IMG/VR virus record: IMGVR_UViG_3300032216_000404
Coordinates: 1-26,886 of that record
Length of the DNA stretch: 26,886 nt
Reading direction: 5' to 3' (one strand)
Origin: a virus
Lineage: Duplodnaviria > Caudoviricetes
Every line of letters begins with the position of its first letter. Position 1 is the stretch's first letter. This document shows, piece by piece, positions 1 to 6,863 of the stretch. The notes under the pieces are model-generated. The model did no database searches, was not told the origin of the DNA, and was given only the letters and a program-made list of their open reading frames with translations. A program made the translations under genes and the position numbers.

Positions 1-158
1 CACTTCCTCGCAATGAACTTTATAGACTTCACTGCATCTTTGCAAAGATCAATCATATTCTCAGAATGCTTCTGTGCCTTTCGCAAGTGATACACGCATG
101 CACTAAAGCCAAAGACTGTTATGAACATGCAAGTTACAAGAATTATTTTATCGCTCAT
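1..158 (-). CDS. Small hypothetical membrane protein, partial (runs off window start)
   Basis: Not in the ORF track. ATG at 158..156 overlaps the TGA of the upstream ORF (TGATG coupling). Reads MSDKIILVTCMFITVFGFSACVYHLRKAQK..., with an N-terminal hydrophobic segment and no stop before position 1. Confidence 0.55.
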   Translation of the reverse strand, partial: MSDKIILVTCMFITVFGFSACVYHLRKAQKHSENMIDLCKDAVKSIKFIARK

Positions 159-370
159 CACACTTTCTCCATGTAGATCAACAGAGTACTGTCGGCAATC
201 TTAGAACGAATCATAGACGGGATGTCGGTGAACGGATCTTCAAGATAGAAGTCGCAACCGTCCTTCCAGTTATTATACTTGACAAACTTAGCAAAGTCAA
301 GCATGTGCTTCTTGTTCTTGGGGTTGAACTGGATGCGCTGCTTTTGCGCAAGAGCAGATTTAAAATACAT
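158..370 (-). CDS. Hypothetical phage protein (about 70 aa)
   Basis: ORF 158..433. The likely start is ATG at 370 (MYFKSALAQ...), just after the stop of 373..591; the longer start overlaps the upstream gene. Confidence 0.6.
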   Translation of the reverse strand: MYFKSALAQKQRIQFNPKNKKHMLDFAKFVKYNNWKDGCDFYLEDPFTDIPSMIRSKIADSTLLIYMEKV

Positions 371-372
371 GA

Positions 373-591
373 TTAGTATGCCTCGTCGTATTGACCCTGA
401 TCCCAGTCGTCGCCGCCCATGTAGTCTTGCCACTCTTCATATTCAGTGGGCTGACCATCATCGACGGAATCTTCTTCCTGTTCAGGAATCATATCCAAAG
501 GAATGCAGAGCATCTTAGCAATCTGCACATCGTTGAAACCTTCATCGCGGAGTTGTTCAATATCCGCGTGCAGTTCACTCATCTTACTCAT
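373..591 (-). CDS. Hypothetical acidic protein
   Basis: AGGA SD upstream of ATG; tightly packed between neighbours; very D/E-rich C-terminus (DDGQPTEYEEWQDY). Confidence 0.65.
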   Translation of the reverse strand: MSKMSELHADIEQLRDEGFNDVQIAKMLCIPLDMIPEQEEDSVDDGQPTEYEEWQDYMGGDDWDQGQYDEAY

Positions 592-603
592 TACGAATTT
601 TCC

Positions 604-696
604 TTATTGAATAGAATTTAAAAACCAAACAAGCATACCGAAGCCAAAGCCACACAGGAAAGGACCTAGTGCGGCATCAAACTTCTCGCGATTCAT
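604..696 (-). CDS. 30-aa putative single-pass membrane micro-protein
   Basis: Hand translation MNREKFDAALGPFLCGFGFGMLVWFLNSIQ*. ATGA overlap with the upstream micro-ORF; its stop leads into the SD of the next gene. Confidence 0.5.
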   Translation of the reverse strand: MNREKFDAALGPFLCGFGFGMLVWFLNSIQ

Positions 697-818
697 GCGA
701 ACACCTTATACTTTGTCTTGCGACTATACTTGGTCTTGTCTTTATGAGTAGCAGGACGATTGACCGAATTGAACACCCGAGCAACGGGATTCTTACGACG
801 ATGATTTAGATTAGACAT
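693..818 (-). CDS. 41-aa basic protein, ArfA-like small phage protein
   Basis: Hand translation MSNLNHRRKNPVARVFNSVNRPATHKDKTKYSRKTKYKVFA*. TAATG coupling to the upstream ORF at 818 and ATGA coupling downstream. NPVA...HKDK.KYSRK pattern. Confidence 0.6.
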   Translation of the reverse strand: MSNLNHRRKNPVARVFNSVNRPATHKDKTKYSRKTKYKVFA

Positions 819-1036
819 TACAGCTCAATCACAAACTCAGTTTTGAGCGTGTACTGCGTCTCGAGATCTTCGGTCACGACCGACAGCATATTACCGTTCA
901 GGATATAAACCGCAATATCGCTATATGCGATCAGCGCACCCTCGGGAGCACCAGCGAACGATTCGGAATCCGTTTCGTCCATCGGCTCAAACTTCAGACC
1001 GTTCTGGACGGCGACCACCAACTCTTGCATATTCAT
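818..1036 (-). CDS. Hypothetical early protein
   Basis: ORF 818..1057; likely start ATG at 1036 after AAGGA SD; first gene behind the promoter at 1069-1097. Confidence 0.65.
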   Translation of the reverse strand: MNMQELVVAVQNGLKFEPMDETDSESFAGAPEGALIAYSDIAVYILNGNMLSVVTEDLETQYTLKTEFVIEL

Positions 1037-1068
1037 ATTTCGTTCCTTTTCCTTCAACCTATAGAACC

Positions 1069-1129
1069 ATTATACTAAAAACAGGACCAAAAGTAAATAG
1101 GTGAAAACTCTAACGAAATCAATAACTTA
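1069..1129 (-). promoter_or_regulatory. Early sigma70-type promoter (TTTACT-17-TATAAT) with upstream IHF consensus site
   Basis: -35 at 1097-1092, -10 at 1074-1069, 17 nt spacer. AATCAATAACTTA at 1117-1129 matches WATCAANNNNTTR. Confidence 0.75.
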
Positions 1130-1150
1130 CGGAGCCGCACAGTTTTACCC

Positions 1151-1348
1151 TTACTCCGTAATGATATCGGTGGTTTCGCCGCTGCCGTAGTTGGTGATCT
1201 CCTCGACCCACCTATTACCTTCGTCCTCTTGGTATAGGTTGAGTGCCTTCGTTCGGCTCTTGGTCGTGAGAATTTTCTTATTCCCGCTGACCCGTTTGCC
1301 TCTGATCGTGATTTTCGCGTTTTCGTAAACTTCGTAATACTGCTTCAT
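1151..1348 (-). CDS. Hypothetical early protein
   Basis: GAGGT SD, ATG, 65 aa; sits directly behind its own promoter at 1371-1399. Confidence 0.65.
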   Translation of the reverse strand: MKQYYEVYENAKITIRGKRVSGNKKILTTKSRTKALNLYQEDEGNRWVEEITNYGSGETTDIITE

Positions 1349-1370
1349 TTTTACCTCAACTTATACAGCC

Positions 1371-1431
1371 ATTATAGTTGAAACAGAAGCAAAAGTAAAT
1401 AGGTGAAAACTCTAACGAAATCAATAACTTA
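1371..1431 (-). promoter_or_regulatory. Early promoter (TTTACT-17-TATAAT) with upstream IHF consensus site
   Basis: -35 at 1399-1394, -10 at 1376-1371; AATCAATAACTTA at 1419-1431. Confidence 0.75.
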
Positions 1432-1485
1432 CGCAAGCCCCTGGAACCTCCTACAATCCTATTGCAGCGGTCCTTCCTTGACCCC

Positions 1486-1716
1486 CTATATGAGGGTCCC
1501 CGAGTAAAAAAGACCGCCCAGATAGACGAGGAGAAGGAACCCCGAAACGACCCAGAGGCTCGGCTCCCTCATACGGACGCCAGCCCAGAACCAGCCGACG
1601 TTGCCTACGAATGAGGCTAGGATATTAAAAGGATAAAGGTTTGCGCTGGCTAGAATTGAACCAGCGATCAGGAATGTGGTTGAGATCCACTTCAGCCAAA
1701 AATCAAAGTTCTTCAC
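1486..1716 (-). CDS. Small membrane protein with about 3 TM helices
   Basis: Three hydrophobic segments (LKWISTTFLIAGSILAS / YPFNILASFVGNVGWFWAG / SLWVVSGFLLLVYLGGLFY); GTG start overlapping the dCMP deaminase 3' end. Confidence 0.65.
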   Translation of the reverse strand: MKNFDFWLKWISTTFLIAGSILASANLYPFNILASFVGNVGWFWAGVRMREPSLWVVSGFLLLVYLGGLFYSGTLI

Positions 1717-2203
1717 TTTCTATGATTCCGTCAATGAGCATGCCAAGTTGTTCTAACGGAATAGTTCTGACTCCGATCCCAATTTCTTTGAACATGATCT
1801 CTGAATGATCAATCGAATAGTGTTCACCAACACCTTTGCCTGGAAATGGTTTGTTCGGACCAATGATTTCTTTCACACCAACCTGAACAAGTGCACGTGC
1901 ACAATCTGAACAGATTCCCTTTGGGTTCCAGTTCAAATATAGACGCGATCCGTTCAGATTGATTCCATGACGAGCGGCATTATAAATCGCATTGCGTTCG
2001 GCGTGTTCAATCCACTGATACTTCTCTGGTCTTTCCCAGCGACTCTTATCATGTTCATTGATGCCACGCGGAAAGCCATTGAAGCCCATAGAGAGAACTG
2101 CGTTACCATCACCGACGATAACGCAGCCGACCTTTGTTGAAGGATCTTTACTCTTTTGAGCAATTACAGAAGCCTGTAAGATAAACAGTTCATCCCAATT
2201 CAT
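1703..2203 (-). CDS. cd: dCMP deaminase
   Basis: SKDPSTKVGCVIV, GFNGFPRG, HAERNAI zinc/catalytic motif, CSDC (CxxC). Confidence 0.92.
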   Translation of the reverse strand: MNWDELFILQASVIAQKSKDPSTKVGCVIVGDGNAVLSMGFNGFPRGINEHDKSRWERPEKYQWIEHAERNAIYNAARHGINLNGSRLYLNWNPKGICSDCARALVQVGVKEIIGPNKPFPGKGVGEHYSIDHSEIMFKEIGIGVRTIPLEQLGMLIDGIIESEEL

Positions 2204-2224
2204 TCATCACCAAAAATTATGTTG

Positions 2225-2659
2225 TTACTTGATATCAATCTTTCGAGGCTTGTGCTCTTCAGGGATTATGTTCTCTAGCTTGATGGATAGGATTCCGTCT
2301 TCTAGATCTGCACCTTTTACTACAATAGTGTCAGATAGAACGAACTGACGAGAGAATTTACGACCAGCAATACCCTTTGATAGATATGTGCGGTCGTCTT
2401 CGTCTCCCTTCTTTCCCGAAACCTTCAGCGAGTTTTTCTCTGAGGTGATTTCGATTTCACTCTTCTTGTATCCAGCAACAGCCAGTTCAATGATAAAATC
2501 GTATTCGTCTGTCTTAATGATGTTTACAGGCGGGAAGGCAGTGGTTGTTGCAGTTAGTAGATGAGCAGCGTTGTCAAGAGCTGCAAACACATTCTCGAAT
2601 CCAAGAGCGGACGGGAGAAGTCGATCATAGTTATAGACATTCTGTGACGTTAGTGTCAT
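2225..2659 (-). CDS. Small heat-shock protein (Hsp20/IbpA-like)
   Basis: FPPVNI, IELAVAGY, YLSKGIAGRKFSRQF, A.LEDGILSI, C-terminal PRKIDI (IxI) motif. Confidence 0.95.
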   Translation of the reverse strand: MTLTSQNVYNYDRLLPSALGFENVFAALDNAAHLLTATTTAFPPVNIIKTDEYDFIIELAVAGYKKSEIEITSEKNSLKVSGKKGDEDDRTYLSKGIAGRKFSRQFVLSDTIVVKGADLEDGILSIKLENIIPEEHKPRKIDIK

Positions 2660-2719
2660 TTTGTTACTCCTTTAGTAAGCAAGTTTAAAAACGTAGACCC
2701 CAAACGGGCATCTACGTTT
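2657..2719 (-). promoter_or_regulatory. ROSE-like RNA thermometer 5' UTR plus upstream hairpin
   Basis: mRNA ACUUGCUU-ACUA-AAGGAGU: the UUGCU motif pairs with the SD leaving a bulged G. Upstream stem AAACGTAGA/TCTACGTTT (2689-2719). Confidence 0.55.
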
Positions 2720-2720
2720 C

Positions 2721-2728
2721 TATTTATA
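2721..2728 (-). promoter_or_regulatory. T4-type late promoter TATAAATA upstream of hsp20
   Basis: Exact TATAAATA on the minus strand in the intergenic space; gp55 is encoded in the window. Confidence 0.7.
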
Positions 2729-2732
2729 CAAC

Positions 2733-3293
2733 TTACACAGTTCCTGTGGAGCCAAATCCGCCATCTCGCTCAGAATATTGAGAAGGCATTTCGCTTAGAA
2801 CTGTCAGGTGAATGCCCTCATTGATGATAACCTCAGCCTGAGCAATGCGTTCTTGATAGGCAATGGTCTGAGAGATTCTAGAAATGTTCGTCATCAGCAC
2901 AAACACTTCTTGCTGATAATCAACGTCTACGATACCTTCACAATTAGCCAGAATCAATCCACGCTTCAGCGAAAGCCCAGAGCGTGGATGTAGGCGGATT
3001 GAATACTGCTTGAGAGGCTCACTATGATCCAAGATGTCACCGAAAGTCTCGATGCTCAGATTCTTTTGAATCTTCATCACAAGACCAGTAGGGACTAACA
3101 GTCGCTCACCTGGAGCAATAAACAACCCTTTATCTGATTCAATAAATCGTTCAACTGGAATATTGAACTCATTGTAGCCATTTACAATCTTATTAGTCGG
3201 ACAGTAGTGCAGATCAAAGCATGTCGACATCTTGGTGCCGAACGTTGGAATCTTCACATCTTCACTCAAACGATACATGCCTAAGTCAATCAT
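2733..3293 (-). CDS. dut: Trimeric dUTPase
   Basis: Motifs CFDL, PRSGL, GIVDVDY, ERIAQ, RDGGFGSTG. Confidence 0.93.
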   Translation of the reverse strand: MIDLGMYRLSEDVKIPTFGTKMSTCFDLHYCPTNKIVNGYNEFNIPVERFIESDKGLFIAPGERLLVPTGLVMKIQKNLSIETFGDILDHSEPLKQYSIRLHPRSGLSLKRGLILANCEGIVDVDYQQEVFVLMTNISRISQTIAYQERIAQAEVIINEGIHLTVLSEMPSQYSERDGGFGSTGTV

Positions 3294-3296
3294 ATA

Positions 3297-3698
3297 TTAA
3301 GCCTCAGTTTTCTTTTTACCAATCGTGTACTTCGCAACCAATTGCCACTGATTCTTATCCTTGAATGGAAGAATCTTGATCTGGCTCAATGGTGCATAAG
3401 GTTCTTTCGTCTTGTTTGGATCAACCAGCTTCACCAGCCCCCACTCAGCCATGAGATTAGCAATAGTATTTCTGCGTGCCAGATCGTTGTCCGAAATATT
3501 GCTCGGCTTACCATCCAGCTCAAATAGTTCTTTGAAGTGGACAATGTAATACTTGCCTTGCTTATGCAGGATATGGCAAGACTGATACAGGATGTTATCA
3601 TTCTTTGCTGCTACGCCGATGCGAGTAAGAGTCTCGCGAACCTTTAAAAAGTCATCCTGCTTTTCTAACAGAACCTCAACTAATTTTTCAATACTCAT
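3297..3698 (-). CDS. regA: Translational repressor RegA
   Basis: DDFLKVRETLTRIGVA, LYQSCHILHKQGKYYIVHFKELF, RRNTIANL; follows gp62 as in T4. Start taken at ATG 3698. Confidence 0.96.
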   Translation of the reverse strand: MSIEKLVEVLLEKQDDFLKVRETLTRIGVAAKNDNILYQSCHILHKQGKYYIVHFKELFELDGKPSNISDNDLARRNTIANLMAEWGLVKLVDPNKTKEPYAPLSQIKILPFKDKNQWQLVAKYTIGKKKTEA

Positions 3699-3699
3699 T

Positions 3700-4080
3700 T
3701 CAATCACCCTTATATAATTGTTTTTTTATCGCGGCGATCTGAGTATCATCAAGTATCTTCAAGGCTTCATATGCTTTAGCGTCCGAATAGCCATAATACT
3801 CTTTAACAGCACTCAAATCATCATCAGCACCCCTTTTAAACCACTTTGAGTAGCGTCGTTTCTGGGCACGTACAATATTTATAAGGAAATCATATTTGAG
3901 TTTGTTGTCGAGGTTTCCGTATCTGTTCATTTCATTCGCCAGCAGACAAGTGTCTCGGTGATAAGACAAGCCTCTGTTGACCATGAAAGCAGGATAAGAC
4001 CGTTCGTCCGCATCGTTTAGAAGCGCATATTCTTTGGTCTCAAGAATACTTGGAAGGATTTCTTTGAATAGATCAGCCAT
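3700..4080 (-). CDS. 62: Clamp loader small subunit gp62
   Basis: YPAFMVNRGLSY, ANEMN, YDFL, VKEYYGYS..KA.EAL.IL; located between gp44 and regA. Confidence 0.9.
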   Translation of the reverse strand: MADLFKEILPSILETKEYALLNDADERSYPAFMVNRGLSYHRDTCLLANEMNRYGNLDNKLKYDFLINIVRAQKRRYSKWFKRGADDDLSAVKEYYGYSDAKAYEALKILDDTQIAAIKKQLYKGD

Positions 4081-4519
4081 GATTAAACAGATCCACTAAT
4101 GGTTTTTTACACATTTCGCGGAATGTAATTTCCTCTTTGGCTATTGTAATTACTTGGTGTAGTGTATTATTATCAAGTTCTTTTAGGAACTTAGCAATTT
4201 TTGCTGATTCTTTTGCCTTCATTGTTCTTCTATGCTTTGCATTTTCTTTAGATTCAAGATCATGACAAGAGATACACTTAGACCTGAAATTCTTTTCATC
4301 TAGATCTGTGCAATCAGAATTCTGCATTCCCTTTTTAACATAAAAGTTATTAACTGGTTGTGCGATACCGCAAGAAGTGCATTTCTTTTCCATAACAAAA
4401 AGTTCAGGTCCAAAAACAGTTTCTATCTGTTTCACAATAGTGTTAGAAGCCATACGAGTGATGACTGGTATATTGTTTTCTCTGCGAAGATGCTCTTTCG
4501 CTTCATTGATGTTTTTCAT
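4073..4519 (-). CDS. Zn-ribbon (CxxC...CxxC) hypothetical protein inserted between gp44 and gp62
   Basis: KKCTSCG...NNFY...RSKCISCH resembles the Zn-ribbon found on phage HNH/EndoVII-like proteins. GGAG SD, start ATG 4519; visibly AT-richer than neighbours. Confidence 0.7.
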   Translation of the reverse strand: MKNINEAKEHLRRENNIPVITRMASNTIVKQIETVFGPELFVMEKKCTSCGIAQPVNNFYVKKGMQNSDCTDLDEKNFRSKCISCHDLESKENAKHRRTMKAKESAKIAKFLKELDNNTLHQVITIAKEEITFREMCKKPLVDLFNHG

Positions 4520-4534
4520 AATATAATACTCCAA

Positions 4535-5470
4535 TTAAATGAACTTACACTCAGCCATCATTTCCGTCAGACATGCAGTCAGGTTCAGTTCTTGGTCTGC
4601 GCAGAATGCCGCCTGATACTGGTAACGTGCAAGGATGACAACTGCGTTTGGAATCGTCGACTTGTCTAGGATATCGTATAGACTGTCATAGATCTTACGA
4701 TACAGGCGCACTGGTTCATCACTACCGTTTTCACCAACCCACTTGCGCATGCCGCTGAAGTTTTGTTCCTTTAGAGCCTTGACAAGTTCAGTCAACGAAA
4801 CGTCAGCAACACTAGCCAGAATGCCAGTATCGATCTTGCCACTGGCACTATAACGCTGCAGCTCATTCAGCACTCGACGGAAGTCGGGGAAATGCTTCTT
4901 GACAACCTCAGCAAGCACAGGTGGCTCAAACGGAACCTTCTCTTCCTTGAGAATGTTCGCTGCACGCTTCATGAACATAGAAGCCATCTTAGGCTTGTCT
5001 TCATTACGAATCTTGAACTCGATCACGGCGCAACGACTGTGAAGTGGCTCAATGATTCGATTCTTATAGTTACAAGTCATGATGAACGTGCAGTTATGAG
5101 CAAACTCTTCCATCGCGGCGCGCATTGCAGGTTGCGTACTATTTGGATTCAAATAATCTGCTTCGTCAATAATAATGACTTTCTTTCCACCCATCAGCGA
5201 CATTGACGATGCATAGTTCTTGATCTTCATTCGAAAGGTGTCAATACCAGACTCATCCGAACCGTTGATCATTAGGAAGTCGCAACCAACTTCATCACAC
5301 AGTGCTTTTGCTACAGTCGTCTTGCCGACACCTGCAGAGCCACAAAGAATGAGATGCGGGATCTCTTTGCGGTCAACGTAACTCTGGAAGGTCTTCTTGT
5401 ATTCTTCAGGAAGGATACAGTCGGCAATAGTCTTAGGACGAAATTTCTCAACCCACAATGATTCATTCAT
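4535..5470 (-). CDS. 44: Clamp loader AAA+ subunit gp44
   Basis: LWVEKFRP, Walker A GSAGVGKTT, Walker B IIIDEAD, SRC motif; start ATG 5470 after GGAG. Confidence 0.96.
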   Translation of the reverse strand: MNESLWVEKFRPKTIADCILPEEYKKTFQSYVDRKEIPHLILCGSAGVGKTTVAKALCDEVGCDFLMINGSDESGIDTFRMKIKNYASSMSLMGGKKVIIIDEADYLNPNSTQPAMRAAMEEFAHNCTFIMTCNYKNRIIEPLHSRCAVIEFKIRNEDKPKMASMFMKRAANILKEEKVPFEPPVLAEVVKKHFPDFRRVLNELQRYSASGKIDTGILASVADVSLTELVKALKEQNFSGMRKWVGENGSDEPVRLYRKIYDSLYDILDKSTIPNAVVILARYQYQAAFCADQELNLTACLTEMMAECKFI

Positions 5471-5485
5471 AATATAATTCTCCAA

Positions 5486-5845
5486 TTACTCAGTCACTAT
5501 TTTACGCCACTTTCCGTTTGTTTTCAAGTACATCTCGCCATCAGGACCGACGGTCATACTTACTTTGACTTGTTTTCTTGTTCCAGGAACAAAATGTGGA
5601 CCAATCCCGCTAATAGTAAACCTGTTTAACCTGTTGACATCTGGTGGTGCAAATTGACCATACTCAGAACCAAGCGTTAATTTGCTACTGTAACCAGCGG
5701 AACCAGCGGCTTCAATTTTTTCAATTTGTTTTACTTCTTCGCTCTTCTCTGAAGAAGCAATTATTGCTGCAGCTCCAGCTACACCACTTGCAGCCACACC
5801 TCCAGCAAAACCAAGAACTTTGAAAAAGTTACGTCGTGTATTCAT
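5486..5845 (-). CDS. Hypothetical protein with twin-arginine (Tat) signal peptide
   Basis: MNTRRNFFKVLGFAGGVAASGVAGAAA matches S/T-R-R-x-F-L-K plus a G/A-rich h-region and AxA; GGAG SD. Confidence 0.7.
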   Translation of the reverse strand: MNTRRNFFKVLGFAGGVAASGVAGAAAIIASSEKSEEVKQIEKIEAAGSAGYSSKLTLGSEYGQFAPPDVNRLNRFTISGIGPHFVPGTRKQVKVSMTVGPDGEMYLKTNGKWRKIVTE

Positions 5846-5867
5846 ATCAAATCTCCATAATAAAGAA

Positions 5868-5937
5868 AGGGTGGGGAAGGTGAGTTCCCACGGTGAGCAG
5901 TCTGGCGGATTGTACCGTCGGCAAGAAACCGCACCCT
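5868..5937. ncRNA. Candidate structured RNA element (multi-stem junction)
   Basis: GC-rich island with nested stems AGGGTG/CACCCT, GGGAA/TTCCC, CGGT/ACCG, CTGGCGG/CCGTCGG. Confidence 0.45.
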
Positions 5938-5943
5938 AATATT

Positions 5944-6183
5944 TTATTTAGCAACCTTTTCGTAAATCTCAACAAAGTCATTCTGCTGAGCCACTTCTTC
6001 TTCGAAGTTGCGCTTGTGGTATACCTTTGCCAACTTGCGACCCAACTTCTTAGGAATCTCGCATTCGTCCTGAAGACGATCAAGAATTTCCTTGATCAGA
6101 TCACGTTCAGACTCAACACGAGTCAAGCTGTTGGAGATTTCTTGGAGCATGCCAAGGATCTTTGCTCTATCTGTTGGTGACAT
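5944..6183 (-). CDS. T4 DsbA-like double-stranded DNA-binding protein
   Basis: 79 aa helical protein: EISNSLTRVESERDLIKEI...IPKKLGRKLAKVYHKRNFEEE...FVEIYE, the pattern of the phage DsbA family. Confidence 0.75.
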   Translation of the reverse strand: MSPTDRAKILGMLQEISNSLTRVESERDLIKEILDRLQDECEIPKKLGRKLAKVYHKRNFEEEVAQQNDFVEIYEKVAK

Positions 6184-6185
6184 GA

Positions 6186-6863
6186 TTATTCTCCGAAGGT
6201 CGAACTTGCAGCTTCAATCGCGATGAAGTAAGTGATTGCCACAGAAGTATGCTTGAAACAAGCCAGACCCTTCTTAGCAATAGAGACTTCATACGAGCCA
6301 TCCATTAACTTGAAGTTTTCAACCTTCATCACAACCTTGAACTTGCTGCCATTGCCTGCACCAATCTCAATCTTCGACTGATCCGATGCATCATCCTTGA
6401 CGTCAGTGGCAATGAAATAAACAGTGTCACCGTCGCTTTCAAAGACAAAGTTTGGCGAGCCAGAAATGCCAGCCGACTTCTTCATCCAATCAATGTCCTC
6501 TTGCGAAAGGCTGAAAGAACAGTCAGCTGTACCAAGAGAGATGCTCTTCTCAGGAGGCGTGACAATAACCTTCGGCGAGCAATATTTGATATAGTCAGAC
6601 TTCTTTTTGTTCTCTGTAGCAATGTTGATCTTGTCTTCATCAAACGAAAGATCAGCACTCTTGTACAGAGAAACCTTTGCCAGCAGCTTGTTTAGATCAT
6701 ACAGAGCGAATTCCTTGGTGAAGGTTTCGCCGACCGTTGCCTCAACAAAGATAGTCTTCAAAGGCGAGATAGTTCGAAGAGTGTTACCAGCCTTGAACTG
6801 CAGACTCTGGTTGATGCCAGAGAAGTTTTTCAACACATTAATAGTATCATCAGACAATTTCAT
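6186..6863 (-). CDS. 45: Sliding clamp gp45
   Basis: MKLSDDTINVLKNFSGINQS, FALYDLN, ENFKLMDGSYEV, YFIAIEA.S.F. Confidence 0.96.
   Translation of the reverse strand: MKLSDDTINVLKNFSGINQSLQFKAGNTLRTISPLKTIFVEATVGETFTKEFALYDLNKLLAKVSLYKSADLSFDEDKINIATENKKKSDYIKYCSPKVIVTPPEKSISLGTADCSFSLSQEDIDWMKKSAGISGSPNFVFESDGDTVYFIATDVKDDASDQSKIEIGAGNGSKFKVVMKVENFKLMDGSYEVSIAKKGLACFKHTSVAITYFIAIEAASSTFGE

Larger units (their letters stand above)
1088..1433. repeat. 44-bp exact direct repeat (1088-1131 and 1390-1433) flanking one small ORF
   Basis: caaaagtaaataggtgaaaactctaacgaaatcaataacttacg occurs identically at both positions. Confidence 0.9.

Noticed and set aside
1069-1433. Repeats considered as a CRISPR array or att sites
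   Set aside because: Only two exact copies about 300 bp apart enclosing a gene; they coincide with promoter elements; no cas or integrase gene is present.
5891-5931. AGUC/AGAA internal loop resembling hairpin-ribozyme loop A
   Set aside because: Extra nucleotides break the required helix register, and no loop B or hammerhead core (CUGANGA) is present; kept only as an unclassified structure.
5847-6083. 78-aa alternative minus-strand ORF spanning the structured element
   Set aside because: Overlaps the dsbA-like gene out of frame, has no SD and is not protein-like in composition.
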